From Minisyncoccota bacterium (GTDB lineage: Bacteria; Patescibacteriota; Minisyncoccia; UBA6257; 2-01-FULL-56-20), in contig DATJLR010000001.1 in NCBI GenBank assembly GCA_035509435.1, positions 1 through 56,731 on the forward strand: 56,731 nt of DNA, given 5' to 3'. The position numbers and the translations under genes were made by a program. Positions 47,354 to 56,136 of this stretch are shown here, one piece after another (position 1 is the first letter of the stretch; every line of letters begins with the position of its first letter). A model generated the notes under the pieces. That model made no database searches. It worked only from the letters and a program-made list of their open reading frames with translations, and was not told the origin of the DNA.

Positions 47354-48889
47354 ATGGCAAAGAAGACCGCAGTGTTGATCGTGCTCGACGGATGGGGTAT
47401 CGGGAAGAACGACGAGACGAACCCGTTATTCGTAGGGAAGCCGCAGACATTCGCATGGCTCGCGGAAAATTATCCGATCACGAGCCTGCAGGCCTCCGGC
47501 ATCGCGGTCGGCCTCCCGTGGGGCGAGGTGGGCAACAGCGAGGTGGGCCACCTTACGCTCGGCGCCGGCAAGGTGCTCTATCAGTATTATCCGAAGATCG
47601 TGATGGCCATCCAGGACGGCACGTTCTTCGAGAACGAAACGCTCAAAGCCGCCTGCGCTCATGCGCGCGACAACAACAGCGCGATAAATTTTGCGGGGCT
47701 GCTCACCAAAGCGAACGTGCATGCGTCGCTCGACCATCTGCGCGCGCTGATCAAAATGGCGCAGCAGGAGAACGTGCCCAAAATAAATCTCCACCTCTTT
47801 GGCGACGGCGAAGACAGCCCGCCGCACACCCTGCAGAAATTCCTGGAAGAAGTGCCGAAGGAATATGTAGCGACGCTCGTCGGCCGATATTACGCGATGG
47901 ACCGAAACCAGAACTGGCGGCTGACGCAGACGGCATACGAAGCGATGGTCGGAACATCGGGCACGCTCGTGCAGGATCCGAATCCGGCGATCGAAGCGAC
48001 ATACAAACAGGGCTCCACGGAAGAATACCTTCCCGCCCTCCGCCTTGCGGAAGATAAAAAGATAAGCGACGGCGATTCGCTCGTATTCTTTAATTTCAGA
48101 GAAGACAGCATGCGCCAGCTTGCGTCGGCGTTCATCACGAAGGGATTCGATCATTTTCCCGTACAGCCGTTCAACAACCTCTCCGTCGCGACCCTCACCC
48201 ACTACGATGACGCGTTCGATGTGCCCGTCGCATTTCCCGCGGACCGCGTGGAAACGCCGCTCGGCAAAGTGCTTTCCGATGCCGGACTCACGCAATTGCG
48301 CCTGGCCGAGACATACAAATACGCCCACGTCACCTATTTCTTCAACGGCCTTCGCGAAGAGCCGTTCAAGGGCGAGTACCGCACGCTCGTGCCGTCCAAC
48401 ATGGGCCCGCATCCCGAAGCGCATCCGGAGATGATGGCCGTTCCCATCACCGACCGGCTCGTGGAGGCCATTGAAAGCCGCGGCTTCGACTTCATCCTCG
48501 TGAACTACGCGAACTCCGACACGATCGCGCACACCACCGACTTCAACGCCGCGCTCGAGACGATCAAAGTGATCGACGCGCAGATCGCGCGCGTGGTGAA
48601 GGCGGCGGACAATCCCGACACGTTCCTTTTCATCACCTCCGACCACGGCCACATCGACGAGATGATCAAAGAAGCGACCGGGGAACCGGAAAGCTCGCAC
48701 ACCCCGAACCCCGTCCCGCTCTACCTTGTCGTCCAGCAGTTTAAAGGAAGGAGGTTCGTGAATGCCGACCGGCTCGCGCTTGAGACGCTCGGCTCCCTCG
48801 CCGACGTGGCGCCCACCATCCTCGCCCTGATGGGCCTCCCAAAGCCGGACGACATGACCGGCAGCAGCCTCCTGGACGGCTTAATATAG
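47354..48889 (+). CDS. gpmI: 2,3-bisphosphoglycerate-independent phosphoglycerate mutase
   Basis: LIVLDGWG, GNSEVGH, GRYYAMDR, AETYKYAHVTYFFNG, TSDHGH, SHT.NPVP. Confidence 0.95.
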   Translation: MAKKTAVLIVLDGWGIGKNDETNPLFVGKPQTFAWLAENYPITSLQASGIAVGLPWGEVGNSEVGHLTLGAGKVLYQYYPKIVMAIQDGTFFENETLKAACAHARDNNSAINFAGLLTKANVHASLDHLRALIKMAQQENVPKINLHLFGDGEDSPPHTLQKFLEEVPKEYVATLVGRYYAMDRNQNWRLTQTAYEAMVGTSGTLVQDPNPAIEATYKQGSTEEYLPALRLAEDKKISDGDSLVFFNFREDSMRQLASAFITKGFDHFPVQPFNNLSVATLTHYDDAFDVPVAFPADRVETPLGKVLSDAGLTQLRLAETYKYAHVTYFFNGLREEPFKGEYRTLVPSNMGPHPEAHPEMMAVPITDRLVEAIESRGFDFILVNYANSDTIAHTTDFNAALETIKVIDAQIARVVKAADNPDTFLFITSDHGHIDEMIKEATGEPESSHTPNPVPLYLVVQQFKGRRFVNADRLALETLGSLADVAPTILALMGLPKPDDMTGSSLLDGLI

Positions 48890-48959
48890 AGGAAATCTTT
48901 TAATCAATTTTTAATGTGGGTGTGGTAGCGTTGGGTTAGGCAAAAATGCCGAACCCACC

Positions 48960-49526
48960 ATGGAATATTTCTTCGCCTTTCTCATTCAAGATTATCAGCA
49001 GATCGCGCTTTATTTGGTCGTGCTGTATTCCGTTATCTGGATAACGGCAAAGGTCAGCGGGTTCTATTTTAAAACTTCGGAGCTTCACACCAAAATGCCG
49101 AACATAGAACGGTTATTGGAGAAACTCGATATCGGTCTCGCGGCGCTGAACGATGCGCTTCTCGGAAAATCGGTCATTGACAAATCGTACTACTCGAGGG
49201 ATCGCAGCCCGCGCACCGTCAACGAACTGGGCGAGCGCCTGTTCAAAGAGAGCGGCGCCGAAGCGGCATTTGCGGCAATGAAAGACCCTCTGGTCGATGA
49301 ACTGGCGTCAAAGCAGATCCATTCGCTCCTCCAGCTGCAAACAGCCTCTCTCAACGTGATGATCGCCCACCGCAACGACCCCATCCTTAAGCCGCTTCAG
49401 GATTTTGTGTACGAACACCCCACCTACCATAACACGCCGCTCGGCTACACAGACCTGCTTTTCGTCGTCTCCCTCAAATTGCGCGACTACTACATCTCCA
49501 AACACCCTGAGCTCAACTCAAAGTAG
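48960..49526 (+). CDS. Hypothetical protein with N-terminal TM and helical domain
   Basis: 188 aa ORF; TM followed by SPRTVNELGERL..SG and C-terminal LKLRDYY..HPE. Confidence 0.7.
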   Translation: MEYFFAFLIQDYQQIALYLVVLYSVIWITAKVSGFYFKTSELHTKMPNIERLLEKLDIGLAALNDALLGKSVIDKSYYSRDRSPRTVNELGERLFKESGAEAAFAAMKDPLVDELASKQIHSLLQLQTASLNVMIAHRNDPILKPLQDFVYEHPTYHNTPLGYTDLLFVVSLKLRDYYISKHPELNSK

Positions 49527-49528
49527 CC

Positions 49529-49879
49529 ATGCCTTGGCCGCGATACTACCGAAAACGCCGCGAACGGATGATGCGACAGGATCCGCACTGCCATTGGTGC
49601 CGCAGGGAACTGAAACTATATCCCGGCTATGGCAAAAACGGGTTTAAAAAGATGCCTGAGGATTATCCCACCATTGACCATCTCACGTCCGCGTTCATGG
49701 GTCCACGAAAGAACGGCGACGGGAAGACGCGGACGCTCGTCATCGCGTGCCCCAAGTGCAACAACGCGCGCAACGTCGCCGAAACCCGCGAGCACATCTG
49801 GCGCACGCGCTGGAAGTCAGCCGCATTCCCCTTCCCGCTCCGCTGGCTCGGCACCCTCCTTAAAAAATTCCGCAGGTAA
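49529..49879 (+). CDS. HNH endonuclease-family protein
   Basis: CHWC...TIDH...LVIACPKCNNAR (zinc-binding HNH pattern). Confidence 0.82.
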   Translation: MPWPRYYRKRRERMMRQDPHCHWCRRELKLYPGYGKNGFKKMPEDYPTIDHLTSAFMGPRKNGDGKTRTLVIACPKCNNARNVAETREHIWRTRWKSAAFPFPLRWLGTLLKKFRR

Positions 49880-49959
49880 AAAGCTGACTTTCCAAGCCAT
49901 ACTTAGCGAATTATTTTTCAAACGATTCTGATAACTTTATAAATTTGTCGATAAAGAAA

Positions 49960-49983
49960 TAGGGATGTCCAGAGACATCCCTA
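49960..49983 (-). terminator. Intrinsic terminator
   Basis: TAGGGATGTC-4 nt-GACATCCCTA followed by TTTCTTTAT on the minus strand. Confidence 0.65.
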
Positions 49984-50004
49984 CTCGCTGATGGCGGTGG
50001 AAAA

Positions 50005-50259
50005 TTACCAGCAGTACCGACGGCGGTTGGGAATCTGGCTCCGTTTCGTAATCGGCGATGCCCCGGATGCGATTGCCCTTAGTGCAGGGATTCGTCCGAG
50101 AAGCATTTTCTGCCATTCCGACCGCTTGGTTTTTTCCGCGAGAACCAGCCGACGGCAGATTCTCCCGATAATTCCACTTGCCTTGAGCCCCCTCTGGCAA
50201 TCCAGGCAGGGACGATTCAGGCAATTGGCATGACGAGGATCAATAGCTCTCTCGCACAT
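50005..50259 (-). CDS. Small basic Cys/His-rich protein
   Basis: GGAGG RBS before ATG; MCERAIDPRHANCLNRPCLDC; terminator follows. Confidence 0.5.
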   Translation of the reverse strand: MCERAIDPRHANCLNRPCLDCQRGLKASGIIGRICRRLVLAEKTKRSEWQKMLLGRIPALRAIASGASPITKRSQIPNRRRYCW

Positions 50260-50361
50260 ATGTAATTCCTCCAGGGAGATTATAGCATAATATATCTAAA
50301 ATGGGAAGGTACCCCTCGGATTCCGAGCCAAGCAAAAATATTTCTATTATAGTTGCTGTTC

Positions 50362-50501
50362 CGTTTTTGGATTATGGCACTGCCTTTTTCTTTTTCGAGG
50401 GGCTTCGCAGGCGGCGAAGGCCGCCGAGAGGGAGCGGCCGCGCAGCAGCGCGGAACGCGTACCCGAGAAAAAGGAAAAGGCAGTGCCATAATCCAAAAAC
50501 G
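50362..50501. repeat. Long inverted-repeat element B (40-bp arms, 37/40 match, two-hairpin core)
   Basis: Arms 50362-50401 and 50462-50501; inner hairpins GGCGGC-GAAG-GCCGCC and CCGCGC-AGCA-GCGCGG. Confidence 0.9.
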
Positions 50502-50523
50502 ATGATAGTGCTATAATAGGAAT

Positions 50524-50892
50524 ATGCATTGGCTTGCGCGTCTCGTAATAATAGTGGGCGGGAACGCCCTCGCCCTCTGGCTCGCAAACCTGTGGGTTCC
50601 GGGATTCGTGCTGAGCGCCAACTGGATCGGCGTCATCCTTGTCGCGCTTGTGCTCTCGGCCCTCAATTTTTTCCTGAAGCCGATCCTCACGCTCATCCTC
50701 GGCCCCATCATCGTGCTCACGCTCGGGATCGGCGTGCTCATCGTGAACGCCCTCATCCTCTGGGTCCTGCCCATCATCCTGAACCACATTGACTTCCTGC
50801 AGGGAAGTATTATTATACAGAACATTGCGGCGCTCTTCTTTGCAACCCTCGTCGTAAGCGTTATCAACTTCATCATCCACGTCGCGCTATAG
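50524..50892 (+). CDS. Phage-holin-4/YvlD (DUF360)-family membrane protein
   Basis: Four TM; VPGF, LNFFLKPIL, PIIVLTLG, VNALIL. Confidence 0.85.
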   Translation: MHWLARLVIIVGGNALALWLANLWVPGFVLSANWIGVILVALVLSALNFFLKPILTLILGPIIVLTLGIGVLIVNALILWVLPIILNHIDFLQGSIIIQNIAALFFATLVVSVINFIIHVAL

Positions 50893-50906
50893 CGACCACA
50901 AAAACC

Positions 50907-51128
50907 ATGGCAATCGCGATCATCCAGATCATCCTTTCCGTGCTCATCATCACGCTCATTCTTTTGCAAGAGCGTTCTTCCGGCATGTCCGGCCTGATGG
51001 GCGGCAGCGGCGAAGGATATTACCAGGCGCGCCGCGGCATGGAGAAACTCATCTTCTATTCCACGATCGTGCTCTCGGTGCTCTTCGTCGCTCTCGCGGT
51101 CTACCAGTTGTTCGCGCAGACGCACTAG
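50907..51128 (+). CDS. secG: Preprotein translocase subunit SecG
   Basis: ILLQ-R-SG.SGLMGG, RRGMEK, two TM. Confidence 0.93.
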   Translation: MAIAIIQIILSVLIITLILLQERSSGMSGLMGGSGEGYYQARRGMEKLIFYSTIVLSVLFVALAVYQLFAQTH

Positions 51129-51143
51129 CACCACCCCTTTTAC

Positions 51144-52793
51144 ATGTGGCCCAAAAAGATCTTCGCCGCGCTCACTAAAAAGGAACGCATCACCTACGTT
51201 CTGGCCATCGCGGGGGCCGTCGTGAGCTTTGCGGTCGTGATGGGCATCGTGATCGCGCAAACGACGAAGGCCGTGCCCGCGACGGGCGGCGAATATACCG
51301 AAGGCATGCTCGGCCAGCCGGAATACATCAATCCCGTCATCGCATCATCGCAGACGGACCTGGACCTCGTGAAGATGGTCTACAGCAATCTGGCAGACCT
51401 TTCGGACAGCATCACCGCATCGCCCGACCTCAAATCGTGGGATGTGCGCCTCAAGCAGGGGCTCACGTGGCAGGACGGAACCCAGCTCACGGCGGACGAC
51501 GTGGTGTTCACCGTGCAGTCCATCCAGAACCCGGACGCGAACTCGCCGCTCTACCAGTCCTGGCAGGGCGTCACCGCGACGCGCGTAAGCGAGCTCGAGG
51601 TGCAATTCACGCTCACGAGCCCGTATGCCTTCTTCGGCGACACGCTCAACAACCTTTACATATTGCCCAAGCATCTCTTTGCAAACACCCCGCCAGGCAA
51701 CTGGCACCTTTCCGACTACAACCTCAAACCCGTCGGCTCGGGGCCCTATCAATTCGTTTCGTACGATCGCACGAGCGACGGGTTCATCTCGTCATATCAG
51801 CTCGCCGCCTGGAACGAATCGATAGAGGCCCATCCCCTCATCCCCAATTTCAATTTTGATTTCTTCAATGACGAGAACACGCTTGTCTCGGCATTCAATA
51901 ACGGCACGATCGACGGCTTCGGCAACGCGACGCCGGAGGACATCGCGGAGATCGACCGGCCGGACAACGCCTTCGCGTGGCCAACGTCGGCGTACTACGC
52001 GGTATTCTTCAATCAGAGCGTCAACCTCGGACTCCAGGATCCCATCGTGCGCGAGGCGCTTTCCGCAGCGGTGGACCGGAACGGCCTCGTGAACACCGCG
52101 CTCGGCGGCAATGGCGCGCCGGATTACGGCCCGATACCGACGGGCGCAAAATACTACAGCGCCGTCCCTACAGCGACCTCCGGCCCCGCATTCGCAGAAA
52201 GCCTTCTCGACGCCGACGGCTGGACCGTCGCTCCATCCAGCACGTTCCGCTCGAAGACGATCCACGGCGCAGTGATCCCCCTCGTCGTGAACCTGACCGT
52301 GCCACAGATCGATTTCCTCGCGACGACGGCGAGCTATCTCCAGACCGCGTGGCAGGCCATCGGCGTGCAGGTGAACGTCATCCCCGATTCGTCGAACGAC
52401 ATCGTGAACAGCCTCATCCCGGCGCGAAACTACGAATCGCTCCTCTTTGGCAACGTGCTCGGCCCGAGCTCCGACCTTTACTCGTTCTGGGATTCATCGC
52501 AGGATTTCGCGCCGGGACTCAACCTCTCGATCTACAGCAATCCGGCAGTGGATTCACTGATCGAGAAGGCGCGGCAAAATCCGGTGAGCGCCACAACATC
52601 GCAACAGCTTGCGACCGCGCAGGCGGACATCGCGTCGGCACATCCCGCGATCTTCCTCTATTCCCCCGACTACGTATATGTGACCAACAAGAACGTGCAA
52701 GGCATTTCAACGAGCACCCTTCTTACCGACCCGTCAGACCGTTTCCGACAGATAGAAAGCTGGTACCTGAACACCGCGAGGGTGCTCAAGTAA
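51144..52793 (+). CDS. ABC transporter substrate-binding protein family 5 (OppA/DppA-like), TM-anchored
   Basis: GGEYTEG, INPVI, LTADDVVFT, PVGSGPY, AWQAIGV, HPAIFLY. Confidence 0.88.
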   Translation: MWPKKIFAALTKKERITYVLAIAGAVVSFAVVMGIVIAQTTKAVPATGGEYTEGMLGQPEYINPVIASSQTDLDLVKMVYSNLADLSDSITASPDLKSWDVRLKQGLTWQDGTQLTADDVVFTVQSIQNPDANSPLYQSWQGVTATRVSELEVQFTLTSPYAFFGDTLNNLYILPKHLFANTPPGNWHLSDYNLKPVGSGPYQFVSYDRTSDGFISSYQLAAWNESIEAHPLIPNFNFDFFNDENTLVSAFNNGTIDGFGNATPEDIAEIDRPDNAFAWPTSAYYAVFFNQSVNLGLQDPIVREALSAAVDRNGLVNTALGGNGAPDYGPIPTGAKYYSAVPTATSGPAFAESLLDADGWTVAPSSTFRSKTIHGAVIPLVVNLTVPQIDFLATTASYLQTAWQAIGVQVNVIPDSSNDIVNSLIPARNYESLLFGNVLGPSSDLYSFWDSSQDFAPGLNLSIYSNPAVDSLIEKARQNPVSATTSQQLATAQADIASAHPAIFLYSPDYVYVTNKNVQGISTSTLLTDPSDRFRQIESWYLNTARVLK

Positions 52794-52811
52794 CGCAGCG
52801 GCGGCGAGGCA

Positions 52812-52841
52812 TTGACTTTCTAATGAGGTATATGCTATACT
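52812..52841 (+). promoter_or_regulatory. Promoter of tRNA-Leu
   Basis: TTGACT-18 nt-TATACT with TGn extension. Confidence 0.65.
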
Positions 52842-52874
52842 TCATTCACTAAGACCGATCCTCCTTTTGACACT

Positions 52875-52958
52875 GCTGGGGTGGCGGAATTGGCAGACGC
52901 ACTGGCTTCAGGTGCCAGCGATCGCAAGATCATGGGGGTTCAACTCCCCCCTCCAGCA
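52875..52958 (+). tRNA. tRNA-Leu(CAG)
   Basis: GCTGGGG acceptor, CTGGC-TTCAGGT-GCCAG anticodon arm, variable arm, GGTTCAACTCC, A73. Confidence 0.95.
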
Positions 52959-53007
52959 CAGTACATCACCGCTCTATACCGAAACACACCGCAGGCAACA
53001 TTCATTT

Positions 53008-53418
53008 ATGGCAGATTGCATTTTCTGCAAGATAATCGCGAAACAGGTCCCGAAGCGCATTCTCTGGGAGAACGACCATTTTCTGGCGTTCCTCGACCTC
53101 ACCCCCGTCCAGCCCGGACACCTTTTGATAATTCCTAAAGAACATATCGAGACGGTCTTCGATATGCCGGACGGCCTTTATGAAGAATTGTTCAACGCAG
53201 CAAAGGCGCTGTCGACGCCCCTGCAAAAAGCAATGAAGTCGGTGCGTGTGGGCATGGTGATCGAGGGCTTCGGAGTGCCCCACACCCACCTCCACCTTGT
53301 GCCGATCAACAAGTCGCACGACCTCGATTCGGGCAATGCGCGGCCGGCATCCCCCGAAGAGCTCGACGCGATCGCAGATAAAATAGAAAAGCAGATAGCC
53401 GATAGAAAAATTAAATAA
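53008..53418 (+). CDS. HIT family nucleotide hydrolase
   Basis: CIFCKII, PGHLLIIPKEH, VPHTHLHLVP (HxHxH). Confidence 0.93.
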   Translation: MADCIFCKIIAKQVPKRILWENDHFLAFLDLTPVQPGHLLIIPKEHIETVFDMPDGLYEELFNAAKALSTPLQKAMKSVRVGMVIEGFGVPHTHLHLVPINKSHDLDSGNARPASPEELDAIADKIEKQIADRKIK

Positions 53419-53447
53419 AAGTAAAAGTTAGAAAGCAAAATAAAAAC

Positions 53448-55424
53448 ATGATAAAGAAGAATGAAAATACAAACCAGGCGCAGGCACCCGCAAAGGACCG
53501 CCCGCGCATAAAACCGCCGGAGATCCGGCGCAGACCGCCGATGACGGTGCCAGGGCACTCCCCTGCGCGGCCGCAGCGCGGTCCGGCAGGTCCGGGCGGC
53601 CCGGGAACGCCGGGCACGGGCGCGCCGTCGCGCGAAGAGCGCGAGGCGCGCCGCGAGTACAAGCACGGCCCGGGAGCCCGACAGCTCCAGACGCCCGTGA
53701 CGCAACGGTCAAAGATGGGCCCCAAACCGCAGGTCGCGCGCGATCCGAACGACAAGCCGAACCCCGACGCGGTGCGCCTCGTGCCGCTCGGCGGCCTTGA
53801 GGAGATCGGGCGCAACTGCTCGTTCATCGAATACAAGAACGAGATCATTGTGATCGACATGGGGCTCCAGTTCCCCGAAGAAGAGACGCCGGGCATCGAT
53901 TACATCATCCCGAACGTCGAATATCTGGAGAAGAAGAAGCAGAACATCGCCGCGATCGTGCTGACCCACGGCCACTACGACCACATCGGCGCCCTGCCAC
54001 ACGTGCTCGCACGGCTCGGCAACCCGCCGATTTACGCGACGACCATCACAAAAGCGATCATCGAAAAGCGCGCGGATGATTTTCCGAACGCGCCGAAGAT
54101 GAACATCCAGATCATCAAGAACGGCGACGAGATGAAACTCTCCAACAATATCACGGGGTATTTCTTCGGCGTGCCGCACACGATCCCGGAAACGACCGGC
54201 GTGATGCTCAAGACGCCGATCGGCAACATCGTCCACTTTGCGGATTTCCGCCTGGACTATGACGACGAAGGCAATCCGCACGGCCTCGAGGAGTTCGAGA
54301 AGCTCGGCAAAATGGGCGTCCACACCTTTATGGTGGACTCCACCGCCGCCGAACGCCCCGGGCATTCCGTCTCGGAAAAGACCGTGGAAAAGAACCTCGA
54401 AGAGATCTTCCGCAACGCGGAAGGCCGCATCGCGGTCGCCACGTTCTCATCGCTCATCACGCGTATCGCGGAGATCATCAAGATAGCGGAGAAGCTCGGC
54501 CGCAAGGTCGCGCTGAACGGCTATTCCATGAAGACGAACATCCAGATCGCGCAGAGCCTCGGGTTCGTCAAAGCCAAGGAGGGCACGCTCATCTCCGTGG
54601 AAGAGGTCAGCAAGTTCAAGGATGATAAGGTGATGATCCTCACCACCGGCGCGCAGGGCGAGTCCAATGCCGGCCTGATGAAGATCATCAACGGCGAACA
54701 TCGCCACATCAAGATCAAGCCGGGCGACACGTTCGTCCTCTCATCGTCCGTCATCCCGGGCAACGAGCGCAGCGTGCAGACGGTGAAGGACAACCTCGCC
54801 CGCCAGGGCGCGATCGTCTATCACTCCGCGCTCGTGGACATCCACTCCTCCGGCCATGCGCCGAAGGACGACATCGCGCTCGTGATCAAACTGCTCAAAC
54901 CGAAGTTCCTGATGCCGGTACACGGCTACTACTTCATGCGCGCCGCGAACGGCCAGACCGCCCGCGAATCGGGTGTGCTGAAGGACAACGTGCGCCTGAT
55001 GGACAACGGCCAGGTTGCCGAACTTACGAAGGACGCGTTCAAGATCACCAAAGAGGAGGTTCCCGCCTATTACGTGATGGTGGATGGACTCGGTGTCGGC
55101 GACGTGGAGGAGGTAGTGCTCCGCGACCGCCGCGCGCTCGCCGCGGAAGGCATGCTCGTGATCATCATGACGATGGACCGTGACAAGGGCCGCTTGCTCA
55201 AGAATCCGGACATCATCTCGCGCGGCTTCATCTACCTGAAAGACAACCAGGAGATCCTGGACGAGATCCGCAAGCGCCTGCGCGGCCTGCTCTCGCGCAT
55301 CCCGAACTTCAAGGAAGTGGAGCCGGATTACGTCAAAACTTTGATCCGTGATCAAGTCGGGCAATACTTGTATACGAAGACCAAGCGCCGGCCGATGATA
55401 TTGCCGGTGGTGATAGAGATATAG
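53448..55424 (+). CDS. rnj: Ribonuclease J with Pro/Gly/Arg-rich N-terminal extension
   Basis: PLGGLEEIGRN, THGHYDHIG, DST, TTGAQGE, IPGNE, HSSGH, PVHG, RRPMILPVVIE. Confidence 0.96.
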   Translation: MIKKNENTNQAQAPAKDRPRIKPPEIRRRPPMTVPGHSPARPQRGPAGPGGPGTPGTGAPSREEREARREYKHGPGARQLQTPVTQRSKMGPKPQVARDPNDKPNPDAVRLVPLGGLEEIGRNCSFIEYKNEIIVIDMGLQFPEEETPGIDYIIPNVEYLEKKKQNIAAIVLTHGHYDHIGALPHVLARLGNPPIYATTITKAIIEKRADDFPNAPKMNIQIIKNGDEMKLSNNITGYFFGVPHTIPETTGVMLKTPIGNIVHFADFRLDYDDEGNPHGLEEFEKLGKMGVHTFMVDSTAAERPGHSVSEKTVEKNLEEIFRNAEGRIAVATFSSLITRIAEIIKIAEKLGRKVALNGYSMKTNIQIAQSLGFVKAKEGTLISVEEVSKFKDDKVMILTTGAQGESNAGLMKIINGEHRHIKIKPGDTFVLSSSVIPGNERSVQTVKDNLARQGAIVYHSALVDIHSSGHAPKDDIALVIKLLKPKFLMPVHGYYFMRAANGQTARESGVLKDNVRLMDNGQVAELTKDAFKITKEEVPAYYVMVDGLGVGDVEEVVLRDRRALAAEGMLVIIMTMDRDKGRLLKNPDIISRGFIYLKDNQEILDEIRKRLRGLLSRIPNFKEVEPDYVKTLIRDQVGQYLYTKTKRRPMILPVVIEI

Positions 55425-55500
55425 CAAGACAAAACCCCTCTCCTGTTTCGCTCCGACGTCGGAACGTCCACTCGCTTAACAGGAGAGGGGTTTTGTCTTG
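55425..55500. repeat. 23-bp perfect inverted repeat with internal palindrome, directly after the rnj stop
   Basis: CAAGACAAAACCCCTCTCCTGTT / AACAGGAGAGGGGTTTTGTCTTG enclosing TCCGAC-GTCGGA. Confidence 0.85.
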
Positions 55501-55574
55501 TGCGCTTTGACATAATGGCATTGAGTTTGATATAAAATAGTCGGTTCCCGGTTCAATCAAGAAAGGAGTCCGCT

Positions 55575-56003
55575 GTGACAAAAATGCTGTGGAGGGCTTT
55601 CCCTTATATCGCGCTTGGATTTTTGATCGACACGTATCTTTGCCAAACGATCGGTGTCGAAGCCACAGATAGATTCATCGTGATCAACCTTTACATGCCA
55701 AGACTGGCCTTTGAGCTCTTTTTTTGGGCTGTTATGTGGGTCGCCTTCGGCGCGCTTCTGAATGGATCTCTAAAGCTCGAACGGATCCTCGCAGCGATCA
55801 TCCTCCGCCCCTTGGGCATCGCTGCCTTCGCCTTCGTCGCCACGATCGGTTTGGGCGGCGTTTCTATGATGTACGCAGATGATTCCAAACTCGTCAGCGT
55901 GTATCTCTTCGCAGTTTTTATCGGAGCGGCAAGCGGCGCGATCGCCCTCATCGTCAGTATCGTGCAAATGTGCCGAAAGCGTCCGGTTCCTGCGGCCCAG
56001 TAG
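55575..56003 (+). CDS. Hypothetical membrane protein
   Basis: AAGGAG RBS, GTG start, four hydrophobic segments, terminator after the stop. Confidence 0.65.
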   Translation: MTKMLWRAFPYIALGFLIDTYLCQTIGVEATDRFIVINLYMPRLAFELFFWAVMWVAFGALLNGSLKLERILAAIILRPLGIAAFAFVATIGLGGVSMMYADDSKLVSVYLFAVFIGAASGAIALIVSIVQMCRKRPVPAAQ

Positions 56004-56020
56004 AACATGTTCTCCCTCAT

Positions 56021-56046
56021 AACGCCCCGTCTTCGGATGGGGCGTT
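56021..56046 (+). terminator. Hairpin with cUUCGg tetraloop
   Basis: AACGCCCCGTC-TTCG-GATGGGGCGTT. Confidence 0.65.
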
Positions 56047-56068
56047 CACTTATCATGGGTTTCAGCAG

Positions 56069-56097
56069 TTGACTTTTTAAATGAGACTCCGTACACT
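56069..56097 (+). promoter_or_regulatory. Sigma70 promoter
   Basis: TTGACT-17 nt-TACACT. Confidence 0.6.
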
Positions 56098-56136
56098 GCA
56101 GGGAGTATCTATATTTGCAAAAGGAAGCGAGGTTTT

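Noticed and set aside
50524-50892. Holin-family gene as evidence of a prophage
   Set aside because: No integrase, terminase, capsid or endolysin nearby; this family is commonly chromosomal and sits here in front of secG.
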